A stretch of 61,980 nt of DNA from the NCBI GenBank assembly GCA_039831155.1, contig JBDONT010000035.1, positions 1 to 61,980 of the forward strand. The letters are read 5' to 3'. The notes under the pieces are model-generated. The model was not told the DNA's origin. It saw only the letters and a list, made by a program, of their open reading frames with translations, and did not search any database. Shown one piece after another: positions 29,733 through 40,232 of this stretch. The stretch's first letter is position 1. Each line of letters opens with the position of its first letter. A program made the position numbers and the translations under genes. This stretch comes from Nautiliaceae bacterium. Its GTDB lineage: Bacteria; Campylobacterota; Campylobacteria; Campylobacterales; Nautiliaceae.

Positions 29733-30676
29733 TTTTCATCCTTTAATTTCCAAATTATTATTTCAGCCGGTGAATAGCTGATTATAGTGTTTTCGTTTAA
29801 ATATTTTATACCGTTTAGTGCCATTGTGTGACCGTGTAGAGTATAAAGAACTTTTTTATTAAAATCAAATACTTTTATATCGTTTTTTTCATTGTATTGA
29901 ATAGCGAAACTTTTTATATCAGGAGATAAAGCGGCTCCGTAAGGTAGAAAATCGGTTTTTAAATTTAATTTTTCAGTTCCTTTTTCATTATAAATAGCCA
30001 CTCTCATATCGCTACTTGCATTAATAATAAAATTTTTTTTATAATCCAAACTTAAAGTTTTATCTTTATTAAAACCTTTTATTGTAGTTATTTTTTTTCC
30101 GTTTTTTATATTTACTATTTTTACGTTTCCGCTTTCATCTCCTATTACCACTTTATTTTTTTTGTCGTTTATAGCAAATGTGGAAAATACATAATTTCCT
30201 ATTTGTTTTTGATATACCCAATTTTTTTTATTTAAGTCGTATAAAGCTACTTCATCACTTAAAAGTCCGAATAAAATAGTGTTTTTTGTGACAAATCTAG
30301 CTTTCATAAGAGTTTTTTTTGAAGTAAAAATATGAGATAGTTTTTTCGATGTGATATCGTATATAAAAAGTTCTCTTTTACCGTTTTCTCCTTCGGTAAG
30401 TATTAAAATATGTGCTTTGTCCGGCGATATGTCTACGGAAAAAACCGGCATAGGTATTAAATCGCCCATAAAATCGTGTATTTTAGGCATTGAGATAGTT
30501 TGGTTTGTTTTTAGAGTTTTAAAGTTTTTAATAACTATTTTTCCCTCTTCCAAAGCAGCAATTAGATAAGTTTTATTGTATGCTATTTTAGAGATATAGC
30601 CTTTTTTATATTTTATTGTTGTGTGCGACAGTCCGAATAGTAGAGTTGAACTGAGTAAGAGAAGAAATTTTTTCAT
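29729..30676 (-). CDS. napL: Periplasmic WD40/beta-propeller nitrate reductase accessory protein
   Basis: Signal peptide, WD40-like repeats, IHDFMGD; position between napF and napD. Confidence 0.85.
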   Translation of the reverse strand: MKKFLLLLSSTLLFGLSHTTIKYKKGYISKIAYNKTYLIAALEEGKIVIKNFKTLKTNQTISMPKIHDFMGDLIPMPVFSVDISPDKAHILILTEGENGKRELFIYDITSKKLSHIFTSKKTLMKARFVTKNTILFGLLSDEVALYDLNKKNWVYQKQIGNYVFSTFAINDKKNKVVIGDESGNVKIVNIKNGKKITTIKGFNKDKTLSLDYKKNFIINASSDMRVAIYNEKGTEKLNLKTDFLPYGAALSPDIKSFAIQYNEKNDIKVFDFNKKVLYTLHGHTMALNGIKYLNENTIISYSPAEIIIWKLKDEK

Positions 30677-30685
30677 AAAGCTCCT

Positions 30686-31159
30686 TTAGATTACTTTTAT
30701 TTCAATCGAACAAGCCGGACATACAGTTATACAAAATCCACAGGCTGTGCATTTGTCTAAATCAATTACAGGATTAAACATACCATTATAACTAATTGCA
30801 CTCTCTTCACATATATCTTGGCACGAAAAGCAGATTGTTTGATTCCATGCAATGCATTTATTTGGATTTATAATCATTTCGGCGTTAATTTTTTTCTTGT
30901 TTTCAAGGTTTAAAACTCCGTATTTACAAGCTAAAGCACACTCATCGCAAAATGTACATCCTGAAATTTCAAAGTTTAAAATCGGTATTTCATTTTCAAT
31001 TTTTATAATTTTTTCATTGCATGCATTCAAACAATCTTTTGTTTCACATTCCATACATCTTAAAAAATCTTCTTTTTCTTTAAAATAAGGAGGATATAAG
31101 TAAGACTTAAAAGGAGAGGAAACTCTCCTAAAGAAATTTCTTCTTTGTTTATTTATCAT
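30686..31159 (-). CDS. napF: Ferredoxin-type protein NapF
   Basis: RRNFF, PPY, several 4Fe-4S Cys motifs. Confidence 0.88.
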   Translation of the reverse strand: MINKQRRNFFRRVSSPFKSYLYPPYFKEKEDFLRCMECETKDCLNACNEKIIKIENEIPILNFEISGCTFCDECALACKYGVLNLENKKKINAEMIINPNKCIAWNQTICFSCQDICEESAISYNGMFNPVIDLDKCTACGFCITVCPACSIEIKVI

Positions 31160-31656
31160 TGAAGTCCGGCTTTTGTTTTCATTTTCTCAAAGTTATTTTC
31201 AATTACCGGGTCTACGTTTGCTTGAGGAGTATGACAAGTCATACAAAAATATCTACTTCCGGCCACTTTTCTTTTTTTCTTATCACCTTCGAAATTATCT
31301 ACAAAATGATCTTGCGGCATAGGTACGGCATGGAACATTTCAGCATTTTGCGGCATATGACACATTAGACATTGATTATGTCCTATTTTAATAGGTACCA
31401 TACCTTTTACGCTATGAGGAATCATAGGAGGAGCATCAGGAAAAGATTTTTTAATAAGTTTAGCACCACCCGGTGCCGGTGCGTTGAAGTCAAGTTTTGG
31501 AAGATTTTCACTTCCGGCGTTTAAAGGACTTTTTCTGATACCGTTGATTACTATTTCTTTAGAAGTTTTTACTTCTTGTTTAGTAGAATTTGTTTGTTGA
31601 CCACATCCTATAAGAGCAATACTTGCGATTAGTGAACTAATTAATAGTTTTTTCAT
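31156..31656 (-). CDS. napB: Nitrate reductase diheme cytochrome c subunit
   Basis: APPMIPH, NQCLMCH, RYFCMTCHTPQ; lipobox-like LIGC. Confidence 0.95.
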   Translation of the reverse strand: MKKLLISSLIASIALIGCGQQTNSTKQEVKTSKEIVINGIRKSPLNAGSENLPKLDFNAPAPGGAKLIKKSFPDAPPMIPHSVKGMVPIKIGHNQCLMCHMPQNAEMFHAVPMPQDHFVDNFEGDKKKRKVAGSRYFCMTCHTPQANVDPVIENNFEKMKTKAGLQ

Positions 31657-32479
31657 TTTTTTCTCCTTTTGAGGTAAAGTATCTTAAAGAGTATTTAAGT
31701 GCGTTATGATTACACACTTCTATACATCTTCCGCAATTTGTACATTCTATTTTGTTAATAAAATCGGATTTTTTACCTATTATAGGCGTTAATACTTGAT
31801 TTTCGGGACATATATTTAAGCATTCTCCACAATTTGTGCAGTTTTCCGCATTATGTTTTACGCGAATTAGGCTTTTTGAACCTATAATACTATACATCGC
31901 TCCTACAGGACATATATGTCCGCACCATCCGTTTTTTAATATAAAAGCATCAAATAAAAATATGGCAACTAGCCATACCCATCCGAATCCTACGCTAAAA
32001 GCCACACTTCTCGTAAAGATACCAATTGGGCTTATAAATTCAAACGCCGCCGCTCCTACTATAGCCGACGTAATTAGCAAAATTACTAAAAATAAGTATC
32101 TAAAATTTCTCGTTTTGGTTGTACTTATTAGATTATCTTTTTCGTGATGGGTTTTTCTTCTGACCCACGCTGCAAGGTCTGTTATCATGTTTACCGGGCA
32201 TACCCAACTACAATAGGCTCTACCGCCTATAAGAGCGTAAAAGAGTACGATAACAGCTACTCCTATTAATAAATCGGCACTTATAACAGCTCCGGCAAAC
32301 ACCATTTGTAATACTGCAAAAGGATCGGCTAAAGGTATTTTATCAAATAATTTTGAAAAGCTTAAATTTCCGCTTAACACTTTTAAGCCGTATGCGTTAG
32401 CGGCAAAATATAAAAATAAAATACTTAGCTGGGTTATACGTCTTAGGATTAGATATTTGTTTTTAATTATTGATCCCAT
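31637..32479 (-). CDS. napH: Quinol dehydrogenase membrane component
   Basis: GGRAYCSWVCPVN, GWCGHICPVGA, two C-terminal 4Fe-4S motifs. Confidence 0.95.
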   Translation of the reverse strand: MGSIIKNKYLILRRITQLSILFLYFAANAYGLKVLSGNLSFSKLFDKIPLADPFAVLQMVFAGAVISADLLIGVAVIVLFYALIGGRAYCSWVCPVNMITDLAAWVRRKTHHEKDNLISTTKTRNFRYLFLVILLITSAIVGAAAFEFISPIGIFTRSVAFSVGFGWVWLVAIFLFDAFILKNGWCGHICPVGAMYSIIGSKSLIRVKHNAENCTNCGECLNICPENQVLTPIIGKKSDFINKIECTNCGRCIEVCNHNALKYSLRYFTSKGEKNEKTIN

Positions 32480-33288
32480 AAAACACCTTCATTTAAGTTA
32501 TCAATAGCACTTTTTTGGCTTCTTCCGGTAACTGTTTTTGTATTTAAAGAAGCGTTTTGCACTCTTTTTTCATCTTGTTTATCCCAGCCTTTAACGTATC
32601 TGTCTCCGGCTTTTCCTAAGAATACTTCTCTTGGGAAAACTTTAATTGCCGCTTTTTCAGTTACACAGGCTTCTTCGCACATTCCGCATCCGGTACAATA
32701 TTTTTCGTTTACTATAGGAATTCTATAAGCGTGTTTACCGGTTCTTTCGTTTTTTCTCCATTCGATTGTAATAGCTTTATCCATTTCAGGACATGCTCTA
32801 TAACACGCCGTACATTGTAATCCCCAGTAAGCTATACAGCTACTAGGGTCGATTACCGCTACACCCATCTTTGCGTAATCTATTGCGACTTCTCCTTTTT
32901 CGTTTCGGCATTCTTTCGGAGTTAACGCTCCGGTCGGACAAGCGTACATACAAGGTATATCGTCGCACATAAAACAAGGTCCGGTTCTGGCTATGAAATA
33001 AGGCGTACCTATTGCTACGTTATCTCCCGGTGCTCCTAATTTTAAAGTAATAATCTCTTTCCCGTCTATTATTACTTTGTTTTTTCTATTTTTACATGCT
33101 TCTACGCATAAACCGCATCTAATGCAAGTTTTGAGAAAGTCTTCTTCGTTTAAAGCTCCGGGAGGTCTTAATGTAAGAGGTTTGTCTTTATTTTCTTCGA
33201 CAAACGCTCCTACTACACTCCCGGCTACGGCCGAAGCCGCAGCAGCTTGAGCGATATTAACTAAAAAAGAACGCCTTTTATTATCCAT
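32467..33288 (-). CDS. napG: Quinol dehydrogenase periplasmic ferredoxin component
   Basis: Tat RRSFL, LRPPGAL.E.DF...CIRCGLC, four Fe-S motifs. Confidence 0.95.
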   Translation of the reverse strand: MDNKRRSFLVNIAQAAAASAVAGSVVGAFVEENKDKPLTLRPPGALNEEDFLKTCIRCGLCVEACKNRKNKVIIDGKEIITLKLGAPGDNVAIGTPYFIARTGPCFMCDDIPCMYACPTGALTPKECRNEKGEVAIDYAKMGVAVIDPSSCIAYWGLQCTACYRACPEMDKAITIEWRKNERTGKHAYRIPIVNEKYCTGCGMCEEACVTEKAAIKVFPREVFLGKAGDRYVKGWDKQDEKRVQNASLNTKTVTGRSQKSAIDNLNEGVLWDQ

Positions 33289-33296
33289 TAAAATCC

Positions 33297-36125
33297 TTAT
33301 GCTTTGTAAATTTTAACCGCTGCTTTTTTATAGTCGGTTTCTTTACTCATCGGACAAGTGGCATCCAGACATACTTTATTGATAAGTACTTTTTCGTCAA
33401 ACCAAGGTACAAATACAAGCCCTCTTGGAGGTTTGTTTCTACCTCTTGTTTCAACTCTTGCTTTTACTTTTCCTCTTCTTGATTCTATTACGACTAAATC
33501 GAATCTTTGAACTCCAAGCTCTTTTGCATCTTCAGGGTTCATATAACAAAGTGCTTCCGGCATTGCTCTATAAAGTTCCGGTACTCTCATTGTCATTGTA
33601 CCACTGTGCCAGTGTTCTAGAACCCTACCTGTACATAACCAGAAGTTATATCCGTTTTCATCATATTTAGGGTCTTCCGGATGAACCATAAACGGTCTGA
33701 AGAATATTTTAGCTTTATTTTTTAAGCTGTATTTTTGTTTAGTTTTAGGTCCTTGTAAATCACCTCTTTTTAGTGCTTTTAGAAGTGGACCGTAGAATGC
33801 AAATTTTTCACCAGGTGCGTATCTTCTTACGTATGGATCGTATTCTGCGTTAAATCTCCATTTAGTCTCTTTTCCGTTAATTACCGGCCATCTTAGACCT
33901 CTTACTTTATGATATGTATCAAAGTCTGCTAGGTCGTGTCCGTGACCGATACCGAATTTTCTATACTCTTCCCAAAGTGCTTTATGTACGAAGAATCCGT
34001 AACCTTTAAAAGGTTTACCGTCTTCTCCTATAATTTCTCTACCGTCTCCGGCAGCTTCGGTATTTTTGTGTAGTTTTCCGGTTTGAGGATTTTTAGCAAT
34101 CGGATCAGGCCATGGGAAGTTTTCACGATACTCTTTTCTGTTGAATAATACGTCAAATAGAGTCATTTCAGGGTCATATCCCATAGCTTTTGCTTTGTCA
34201 AGTACGTTTGGAAGTACTGTTCCATCCGGTAGTTTATGTTCTTTCCATACTTCTTTTAATTTAAATCTTTTTGAGAATTCCATCATAGTCCATAAATCTG
34301 GCATTGCTTTACCAGGAGGTGTTACTTGTTGTCTCCAATGTTGAGTACGTCTTTCAGCATTTCCGTAAGCTCCCCATTTTTCGTAAATCATAGCAACCGG
34401 TAAGATTAAGTCTGCAACTCTTGCGGATACTCCCGGATATGCTTCGTTTACTACAATAAAGTTATCCATAGTTCTAGCTGTTTTTAGCCAGTGGTTTGCG
34501 TTTGCAGTATTTTGCCAAGGGTTATTTACGTGCACCCACGCCCACTTAATTTTTCCTTCTTCCATATCTCTCATAATTTTTAGGAAGTGGCTACCGACTT
34601 TCGGATTTAGAGTACCTTCTGGAAGCTTCCATAATTTTTCAGTAATTTTTCTGTGTTTTGGATTTGCCACAAGCATATCCGCCGGAAGTCTATGAGCGAA
34701 TGTTCCAACTTCTCTTGCAGTACCACAAGCACTTGGTTGTCCGGTTAAAGAGAATGCTCCGCTTCCCGGAAGTGATTGTTTTCCAAGTAGTAAGTGAATC
34801 ATATAAATTTGTTCGTTAACCCAGCTTCCTCTTACGTGTTGGTTGAATCCCATTGTCCAGAAAGATACCACTTTTCTATTCGGGTCGCAGTAAAGGTCCG
34901 CCAGTTTTTTAAGTTTTTTCTTAAAGCTTTCAAGTGATTCGTTTTTATCACCTTTTGCTACTTTTGCTACATAATCTAATGTGTAAGGTTCTACTGCTTT
35001 TTTAAAGTCTTCAAAGCTGATTTCCCAATGCCAGAAAGGTGCTTTACCTTTTGCGTGTTTCATTTCCATCATTTCGCCGGCTTTCCATTTGCCAATCGGA
35101 GCTAAAGCTATAGCTTCTTCTTTAGTTACTTTTTTAGCAGCTTGTTTTTTTATTGTTTGCATCTCTTTTTCGGAGTAACCAAGTTTTTTTGCTACTTTAG
35201 GATTTCTTAATCCGTATCCCGTATCGGCATGACCGGTTGCGAAGATTGTATATTTATTTACGAAATCCCAGTTAATAGCGTTTCTTTTTACGATTTCTCT
35301 TGCGATATAGTTCATAATTGCAAGGTCCGTATTTGGTCTGAAGATTATTTCCATATCCGCAAGGTTTGAACATCTGTTTCTGTAAGTTGATAAGTTTACT
35401 ACGAAATATTTATCAGGGTTGTTTAGTTTAGCATCAGATACTCTTGACCATAGAATCGGATGCATTTCAGCCATATTTGCACCCCAAGTTACTACAGTGT
35501 CTGTTATTTCGATATCGTCATAACATCCGGCAGGTTCGTCAATACCGAACGTTTGATAAAATCCGACAACGGCACTTGCCATACAGTGTCTAGCATTTGG
35601 GTCGATATTGTTACTTCTCCATCCGCCTTTTACAAGCTTAACCGCTGCGTAACCTTCTTGAATCGTGTATTGTCCGGAACCGAATACTGCAACTCCAGTC
35701 GGTCCTAGTTCGTTGTAATATTTTTTGAATTGTTTTTCCATTTCATCGAAAGCTCTTTTCCAAGAAACCGGTCTGAATTTACCTTTTTTATCAAACTCAC
35801 CTTTATCGTTCATTCTAAGAAGTGGTTGAGTAAGTCTATCCGCTCCATACATAATTTTAGCGTTAAAATAACCTTTAATACAGTTAATACCTCTGTTTAC
35901 GGGACAATCCGGGTCTCCTTTTACCGCTACGATTTTATCGTCTTTCGTAGCTACCATAATACCGCATCCGGTACCACAGAATCTACATACCGCTTTATCC
36001 CATTGCCAATCTTTTTCAGATTCGTTTGCTTTTGCTTTGGCTTCTTGAGGAATTGCAATACCAGCCGCACTTGCTGCCGCTACCGCTGCTGTTGTTTTTA
36101 GAAAATCTCTTCTATTCATTGACAT
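33297..36125 (-). CDS. napA: Periplasmic nitrate reductase catalytic subunit
   Basis: Tat [55 protein letters not shown] supports ATG at 36125. Confidence 0.98.
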   Translation of the reverse strand: MSMNRRDFLKTTAAVAAASAAGIAIPQEAKAKANESEKDWQWDKAVCRFCGTGCGIMVATKDDKIVAVKGDPDCPVNRGINCIKGYFNAKIMYGADRLTQPLLRMNDKGEFDKKGKFRPVSWKRAFDEMEKQFKKYYNELGPTGVAVFGSGQYTIQEGYAAVKLVKGGWRSNNIDPNARHCMASAVVGFYQTFGIDEPAGCYDDIEITDTVVTWGANMAEMHPILWSRVSDAKLNNPDKYFVVNLSTYRNRCSNLADMEIIFRPNTDLAIMNYIAREIVKRNAINWDFVNKYTIFATGHADTGYGLRNPKVAKKLGYSEKEMQTIKKQAAKKVTKEEAIALAPIGKWKAGEMMEMKHAKGKAPFWHWEISFEDFKKAVEPYTLDYVAKVAKGDKNESLESFKKKLKKLADLYCDPNRKVVSFWTMGFNQHVRGSWVNEQIYMIHLLLGKQSLPGSGAFSLTGQPSACGTAREVGTFAHRLPADMLVANPKHRKITEKLWKLPEGTLNPKVGSHFLKIMRDMEEGKIKWAWVHVNNPWQNTANANHWLKTARTMDNFIVVNEAYPGVSARVADLILPVAMIYEKWGAYGNAERRTQHWRQQVTPPGKAMPDLWTMMEFSKRFKLKEVWKEHKLPDGTVLPNVLDKAKAMGYDPEMTLFDVLFNRKEYRENFPWPDPIAKNPQTGKLHKNTEAAGDGREIIGEDGKPFKGYGFFVHKALWEEYRKFGIGHGHDLADFDTYHKVRGLRWPVINGKETKWRFNAEYDPYVRRYAPGEKFAFYGPLLKALKRGDLQGPKTKQKYSLKNKAKIFFRPFMVHPEDPKYDENGYNFWLCTGRVLEHWHSGTMTMRVPELYRAMPEALCYMNPEDAKELGVQRFDLVVIESRRGKVKARVETRGRNKPPRGLVFVPWFDEKVLINKVCLDATCPMSKETDYKKAAVKIYKA

Positions 36126-36208
36126 AAGCACTCCTTTTCGCTTTTTACATAATAATGATACAACTTTTTTTGAAAAAAGTGTAAAAAACTTAATAATATA
36201 TTTTAATT

Positions 36209-36230
36209 ATGGCACATTATTGGCACTTTT
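36209..36230. promoter_or_regulatory. 11-bp-period direct repeat upstream of napA
   Basis: ATGGCACATTA-TTGGCACTTTT on the + strand; the second copy is identical to 27698-27708. Confidence 0.5.
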
Positions 36231-36275
36231 ATATGATTTTTGAGATAGTTGAAAAGTGAAGAAAAAGAAGGGAGA

Positions 36276-38537
36276 TTATTTTTGAAGTTTGGCTCTTACT
36301 TCTTTTGCGGCTTTTACCATATTTTCAAGGCTTGGTTTCACTTCTTCCCATTTTCTTGTTTTAAGACCGCAGTCAGGGTTAACCCATACTTTTTCAGCCG
36401 GTAATACTTCTAAAATTGCTTCGATTTGCTCTACCATCTCTTCTGTTGAAGGGATTCTAGGACTATGGATATCATAAACTCCTGGTCCGATTTCACCTTT
36501 GTATCCTCTTTCTTTAAAGATTTTAAGTAGGCTATTATCACTTCTTGCGTTTTCGATTGAGATAACGTCAGCGTCCATATCCTCAATAGCGTCCATAATA
36601 TCGCTAAATTCAGAATAACACATATGAGTGTGAATTTGAGTTTCCGGTTTTACGCTTGAAGTAGTGATTCTAAAGCTTGTAATCGCCCAGTCTTCATATT
36701 CTGCTCTTTTTTCGTTTCTTAGAGGGTATCCTTCTCTAAGTGCCGCTTCGTCAACTTGAATAACTTTAATTCCGGCAGCTTCAAGAGCTTCTACTTCATC
36801 TCTTATAGCAATTGCCATTTGGTATGCAGTTGTTCTTTTGTCTTGGTCGTCTCTTACAAATGACCAGTTAAGCATTGTTACAGGACCTGTTAGCATACCT
36901 TTCATAGGTCTATCGGTTAAACTTTGAGCGTATGTAATCCATTCAACCGTCATATCTTTAGGTCTAGATACGTCACCGAAAATTAGAGGAGGTTTTACAC
37001 ATCTACTACCGTAACTTTGAACCCATCCGTTTTGTGAAAAAGCAACACCTTTTAATTGCTCACCGAAATACTCAACCATGTCGTTTCTTTCAAACTCACC
37101 GTGAACAAGAACGTCAATATCGATTAATTCTTGATATTCTACAAGTTCTTTAATCATAGCTTTAATTTGAGTTTTGTATTCTTCTTCGCTAATTACACCG
37201 TTTTTGAAATCTCTTCTAAGTTTTCTTAGTTCAGGTGTTTGTGGGAAAGAACCGATTGTAGTAGTCGGTAAAATAGGATATTTTAAGTTTTTGTGTTGAA
37301 GTTTGATTCTCTCTTCAAAAGGAACGCTTCTGTGTTTGTCTTTGTCTGTCAGATTGGATACTCTATCTTTAACAATAGGGTCGTGGATTTTATCGCTTGT
37401 TTTTCTTGTAGCTATTGCGATTTTGTTGCCTTCAAGAACTTCTTTTTCGTATTCGCTAAGTTCTTCACCTCTGAATAGTTTATCAATTACTCTAATCTCA
37501 TCAAGTTTTTCAAGAGCGTATGAAATCCAAGATTTGATATCTTCATCCATTTTTGTTTCGTATTTAAGTGTGTAAGGTACGTGTAATAATGAACAGCTGC
37601 TTCCTACCATTATTTTGTCGGCATCGTAAGATTCTGCGATACCTTTTAGGAATTCTACTGATTTTTCGATGTCGTTAACCCATACGTTTCTTCCGTTCAC
37701 AATTCCAATCCCTACGATTTTACCGGCATTAGCAAGTGCTTTTATGCTGTTTTCGCTTCCGTGTACGAAATCTAAAAACATTCCTTTAATAGGAGTAGTA
37801 GCAAGTATTTCATTTGCTTCGTTTGAGTGTTCGAAATAAGTTGCAACGAAAATGTTTGCAAGACTTCCAAGCTTGTCGTAAACTTTTTTTAGTGTTTGAA
37901 GGTCTTTTTCAGTAGGGTTTGTTACGAAGTAAGGTTCGTCGAATTGGATTGTGATATTTTCGTCAAGTTCTTTTAATTGAGCTATTAAGTCTTCATAAAC
38001 AGGGATTAGTTTTTCGATAATTTCATCTTCACTGCCGTTTACTATTTTAGATAGTTTTACGAAAGTAATAGGGCCTATGAAGTTTACTTTAGGATTAATT
38101 CCAAGTTCTTTAGCTTCGTTGTATTCGATTTTGATTTTATCGATACTTGCTTTGAAGTCCATATTTACATCAAGTTCCGGAACGATATAATGGTAGTTTG
38201 TATTGAACCATTTTGTCATTTCCATAGCTTTGTGGTTTGCATCACCCCTTGCAATTGCAAAGTATCTGTCCATACAGTTGTCTATATCTTTGTATCTTTC
38301 CGGAACTGCGTTTAGCATAGTCATAGCGTCTATCATATTATCGTAAAAACTGAAATCGTTTACGCTTATTAAATCGATTCCGGCGTTTTTTTGATAAGTC
38401 CAGTGTCTTTTTCTAAGTTCTGAAGCAGCTTTTTGAAGTTCTTCTTGAGTTGATTTACCAGCCCAATAAGCTTCAAGTGCTTTTTTTAGTTCTCTTTGTT
38501 CACCGATTCTTGGGAACCCGATAACGTAAGTTGCCAT
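36276..38537 (-). CDS. metE: Cobalamin-independent methionine synthase
   Basis: GFPRIG..RELK, EMTKWFNTNYHY, TTTIGSFPQT, HGEFERNDMVEYF, HTHMCYS, WVNPDCGLKTR. Confidence 0.98.
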   Translation of the reverse strand: MATYVIGFPRIGEQRELKKALEAYWAGKSTQEELQKAASELRKRHWTYQKNAGIDLISVNDFSFYDNMIDAMTMLNAVPERYKDIDNCMDRYFAIARGDANHKAMEMTKWFNTNYHYIVPELDVNMDFKASIDKIKIEYNEAKELGINPKVNFIGPITFVKLSKIVNGSEDEIIEKLIPVYEDLIAQLKELDENITIQFDEPYFVTNPTEKDLQTLKKVYDKLGSLANIFVATYFEHSNEANEILATTPIKGMFLDFVHGSENSIKALANAGKIVGIGIVNGRNVWVNDIEKSVEFLKGIAESYDADKIMVGSSCSLLHVPYTLKYETKMDEDIKSWISYALEKLDEIRVIDKLFRGEELSEYEKEVLEGNKIAIATRKTSDKIHDPIVKDRVSNLTDKDKHRSVPFEERIKLQHKNLKYPILPTTTIGSFPQTPELRKLRRDFKNGVISEEEYKTQIKAMIKELVEYQELIDIDVLVHGEFERNDMVEYFGEQLKGVAFSQNGWVQSYGSRCVKPPLIFGDVSRPKDMTVEWITYAQSLTDRPMKGMLTGPVTMLNWSFVRDDQDKRTTAYQMAIAIRDEVEALEAAGIKVIQVDEAALREGYPLRNEKRAEYEDWAITSFRITTSSVKPETQIHTHMCYSEFSDIMDAIEDMDADVISIENARSDNSLLKIFKERGYKGEIGPGVYDIHSPRIPSTEEMVEQIEAILEVLPAEKVWVNPDCGLKTRKWEEVKPSLENMVKAAKEVRAKLQK

Positions 38538-38583
38538 TTACATCCTTTTTTAAAGCGAATTATAACAAAAAATAAAAGAAGTT

Positions 38584-39591
38584 TTATTCCACTTCTTTAA
38601 ATGCCCCTTGAGAGATTCTGTAAAGTTTGGTTTTGTAATTGATTTGATTGTCGAAAATATAGATATTAAAATCGCTCATATAAAATTCGTCTTCTTGATT
38701 TTGCATATTGTAAGCTTTGTTGGCAAGAATTAGAGTTGAATAGTTAAACCAGTTGTATTTTATGTCGGAATTTAGGAGATTTGTGTATTCGTTTATAATC
38801 AAAGGAGGATTTATAATTGAATTTGCGATTATTAATTTTTCGATATCTTGAGGCTGGGTTAAAAGGATAATTAAAGGAGAATATCCTATTTGAGGTGTGA
38901 GATTTAATTTTGTTTGGATGTTTTTTTGGGTTATTTTGGAAAGGACCTGGGCTGTTTTGCTTGATATGGTGTTTAAGAAAACAAAAGAGTCGTTTAGGTC
39001 TTTATAATTTATGTTTGGGTATCGGAATACATTTTGAACGTTCGTTAGGTTTTGTTCGTAGGTAAGCAGGGTTTTTGATATTTGGGTGTTGCTTGTAATT
39101 ACGGATGTGTTTTTATCCGTAATATCGCTTAGGGCTTTTATCTGGGCTTTAAAGTTTATACCTCCGAAAAAGACGTTATCTGAAGAGTTGCTTTCTTTGT
39201 CTATTAGAGGTAAAAAGAATGTTTTGTTATAATCTTTTAAAGAAGCGATTTTGGTTTTATCGGTTGTATAGTAAAGGATGTATTTTTGAGGGAGAGATGA
39301 TAGGTTTACGTCGCTGTCATAGAGGGTTATATTGTAATCTATGCTTTTTTGAGAGTAGTAAGCTATTAAAGAGTTCATAAGAGACGGGATATATTTGTAA
39401 AATCTTTTTTTGTTTATTACGACTGCTATTTGGGCTTTTGAGTTTATACTTACAAAAGTGTCGTTTAGCTCCTCGGTTTGAATTATGGGCTGTGTGGTTG
39501 TCGAAGAAGTGTTGATTTCTATTTGCGGGATAATAAAATTGAGTGTTTGGGCACTTAGAAGTGCTGCTATAAACAGTATTAAAACTCTCAT
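38584..39591 (-). CDS. Hypothetical exported protein (possibly periplasmic-binding-protein-like)
   Basis: Signal peptide MRVLILFIAALLSA; FFGGI.F..QI..L motif; overlaps the UDG stop. Confidence 0.65.
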   Translation of the reverse strand: MRVLILFIAALLSAQTLNFIIPQIEINTSSTTTQPIIQTEELNDTFVSINSKAQIAVVINKKRFYKYIPSLMNSLIAYYSQKSIDYNITLYDSDVNLSSLPQKYILYYTTDKTKIASLKDYNKTFFLPLIDKESNSSDNVFFGGINFKAQIKALSDITDKNTSVITSNTQISKTLLTYEQNLTNVQNVFRYPNINYKDLNDSFVFLNTISSKTAQVLSKITQKNIQTKLNLTPQIGYSPLIILLTQPQDIEKLIIANSIINPPLIINEYTNLLNSDIKYNWFNYSTLILANKAYNMQNQEDEFYMSDFNIYIFDNQINYKTKLYRISQGAFKEVE

Positions 39592-40232
39592 AACATACTC
39601 TTTATAAGTAAAAAGTCTTTATAAGCCTCTTTTTTGGCTGACGGGTTTCTAAGTAGGAAACTCGGGTGAAATGTCGGTATCACTTTTTTCTCCTTAAATT
39701 CGAATATTTGTCCTCTTACTTTGCTAATAGGCATATCGCTGTCCATTAGATACATAAAAGCCGTTTTCCCAAGACATACTATAATTTTCGGGTTTATTAT
39801 ATCAATTTGTTTTAAAAGATATGGTTTACAGGTGTTGGCTTCTTCAATTGTCGGGACTCTGTTGTTCGGTGGTCTGCATTTTACTATATTTGCTATATAG
39901 ATATCTTCTCTTGTAAGTTCTAATACGTTTAGAATGATTTTTGTTAGAAGTTTGCCGGCTTTTCCTACAAAAGGACGACCGGTTTTATCTTCTTCAGCCC
40001 CGGGACCCTCACCTACAAACATTAAATCTGCATTCGGGTTTCCTTCTCCGAAAACCACGTTTGTTCTTGTTTTACTCAAGTCGCAAAGAGTGCAGTTTTT
40101 GCAAATTTCTTCTAATTCTTTAAGTTGAGAGGGCATTTTTATGCTGTTTTCTTTTGATTTAAAACCCTCAAAATATTTATGCCCGGAGAGTTTTAAATTA
40201 TAAAGGTACTTTAGTTTCATCAAATCGTTCAT
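39588..40232 (-). CDS. Uracil-DNA glycosylase family 4
   Basis: C..C.L, GEGPG..ED..GRPFVG.AG, NIVKCRPP.NR, TFHPS.LLR. Confidence 0.93.
   Translation of the reverse strand: MNDLMKLKYLYNLKLSGHKYFEGFKSKENSIKMPSQLKELEEICKNCTLCDLSKTRTNVVFGEGNPNADLMFVGEGPGAEEDKTGRPFVGKAGKLLTKIILNVLELTREDIYIANIVKCRPPNNRVPTIEEANTCKPYLLKQIDIINPKIIVCLGKTAFMYLMDSDMPISKVRGQIFEFKEKKVIPTFHPSFLLRNPSAKKEAYKDFLLIKSML

Noticed and set aside
36210-36224. Sigma54 -24/-12 promoter (TGGCAC-N5-TGGC)
   Set aside because: It satisfies GG-N10-GC but points away from napA into the metE 3' end, and the similar hao site lacks the -12 GC. A direct-repeat site explains both better.
38538-38583. SAM or cobalamin riboswitch upstream of metE
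   Set aside because: The intergenic region is only 46 nt and has no aptamer-like structure.
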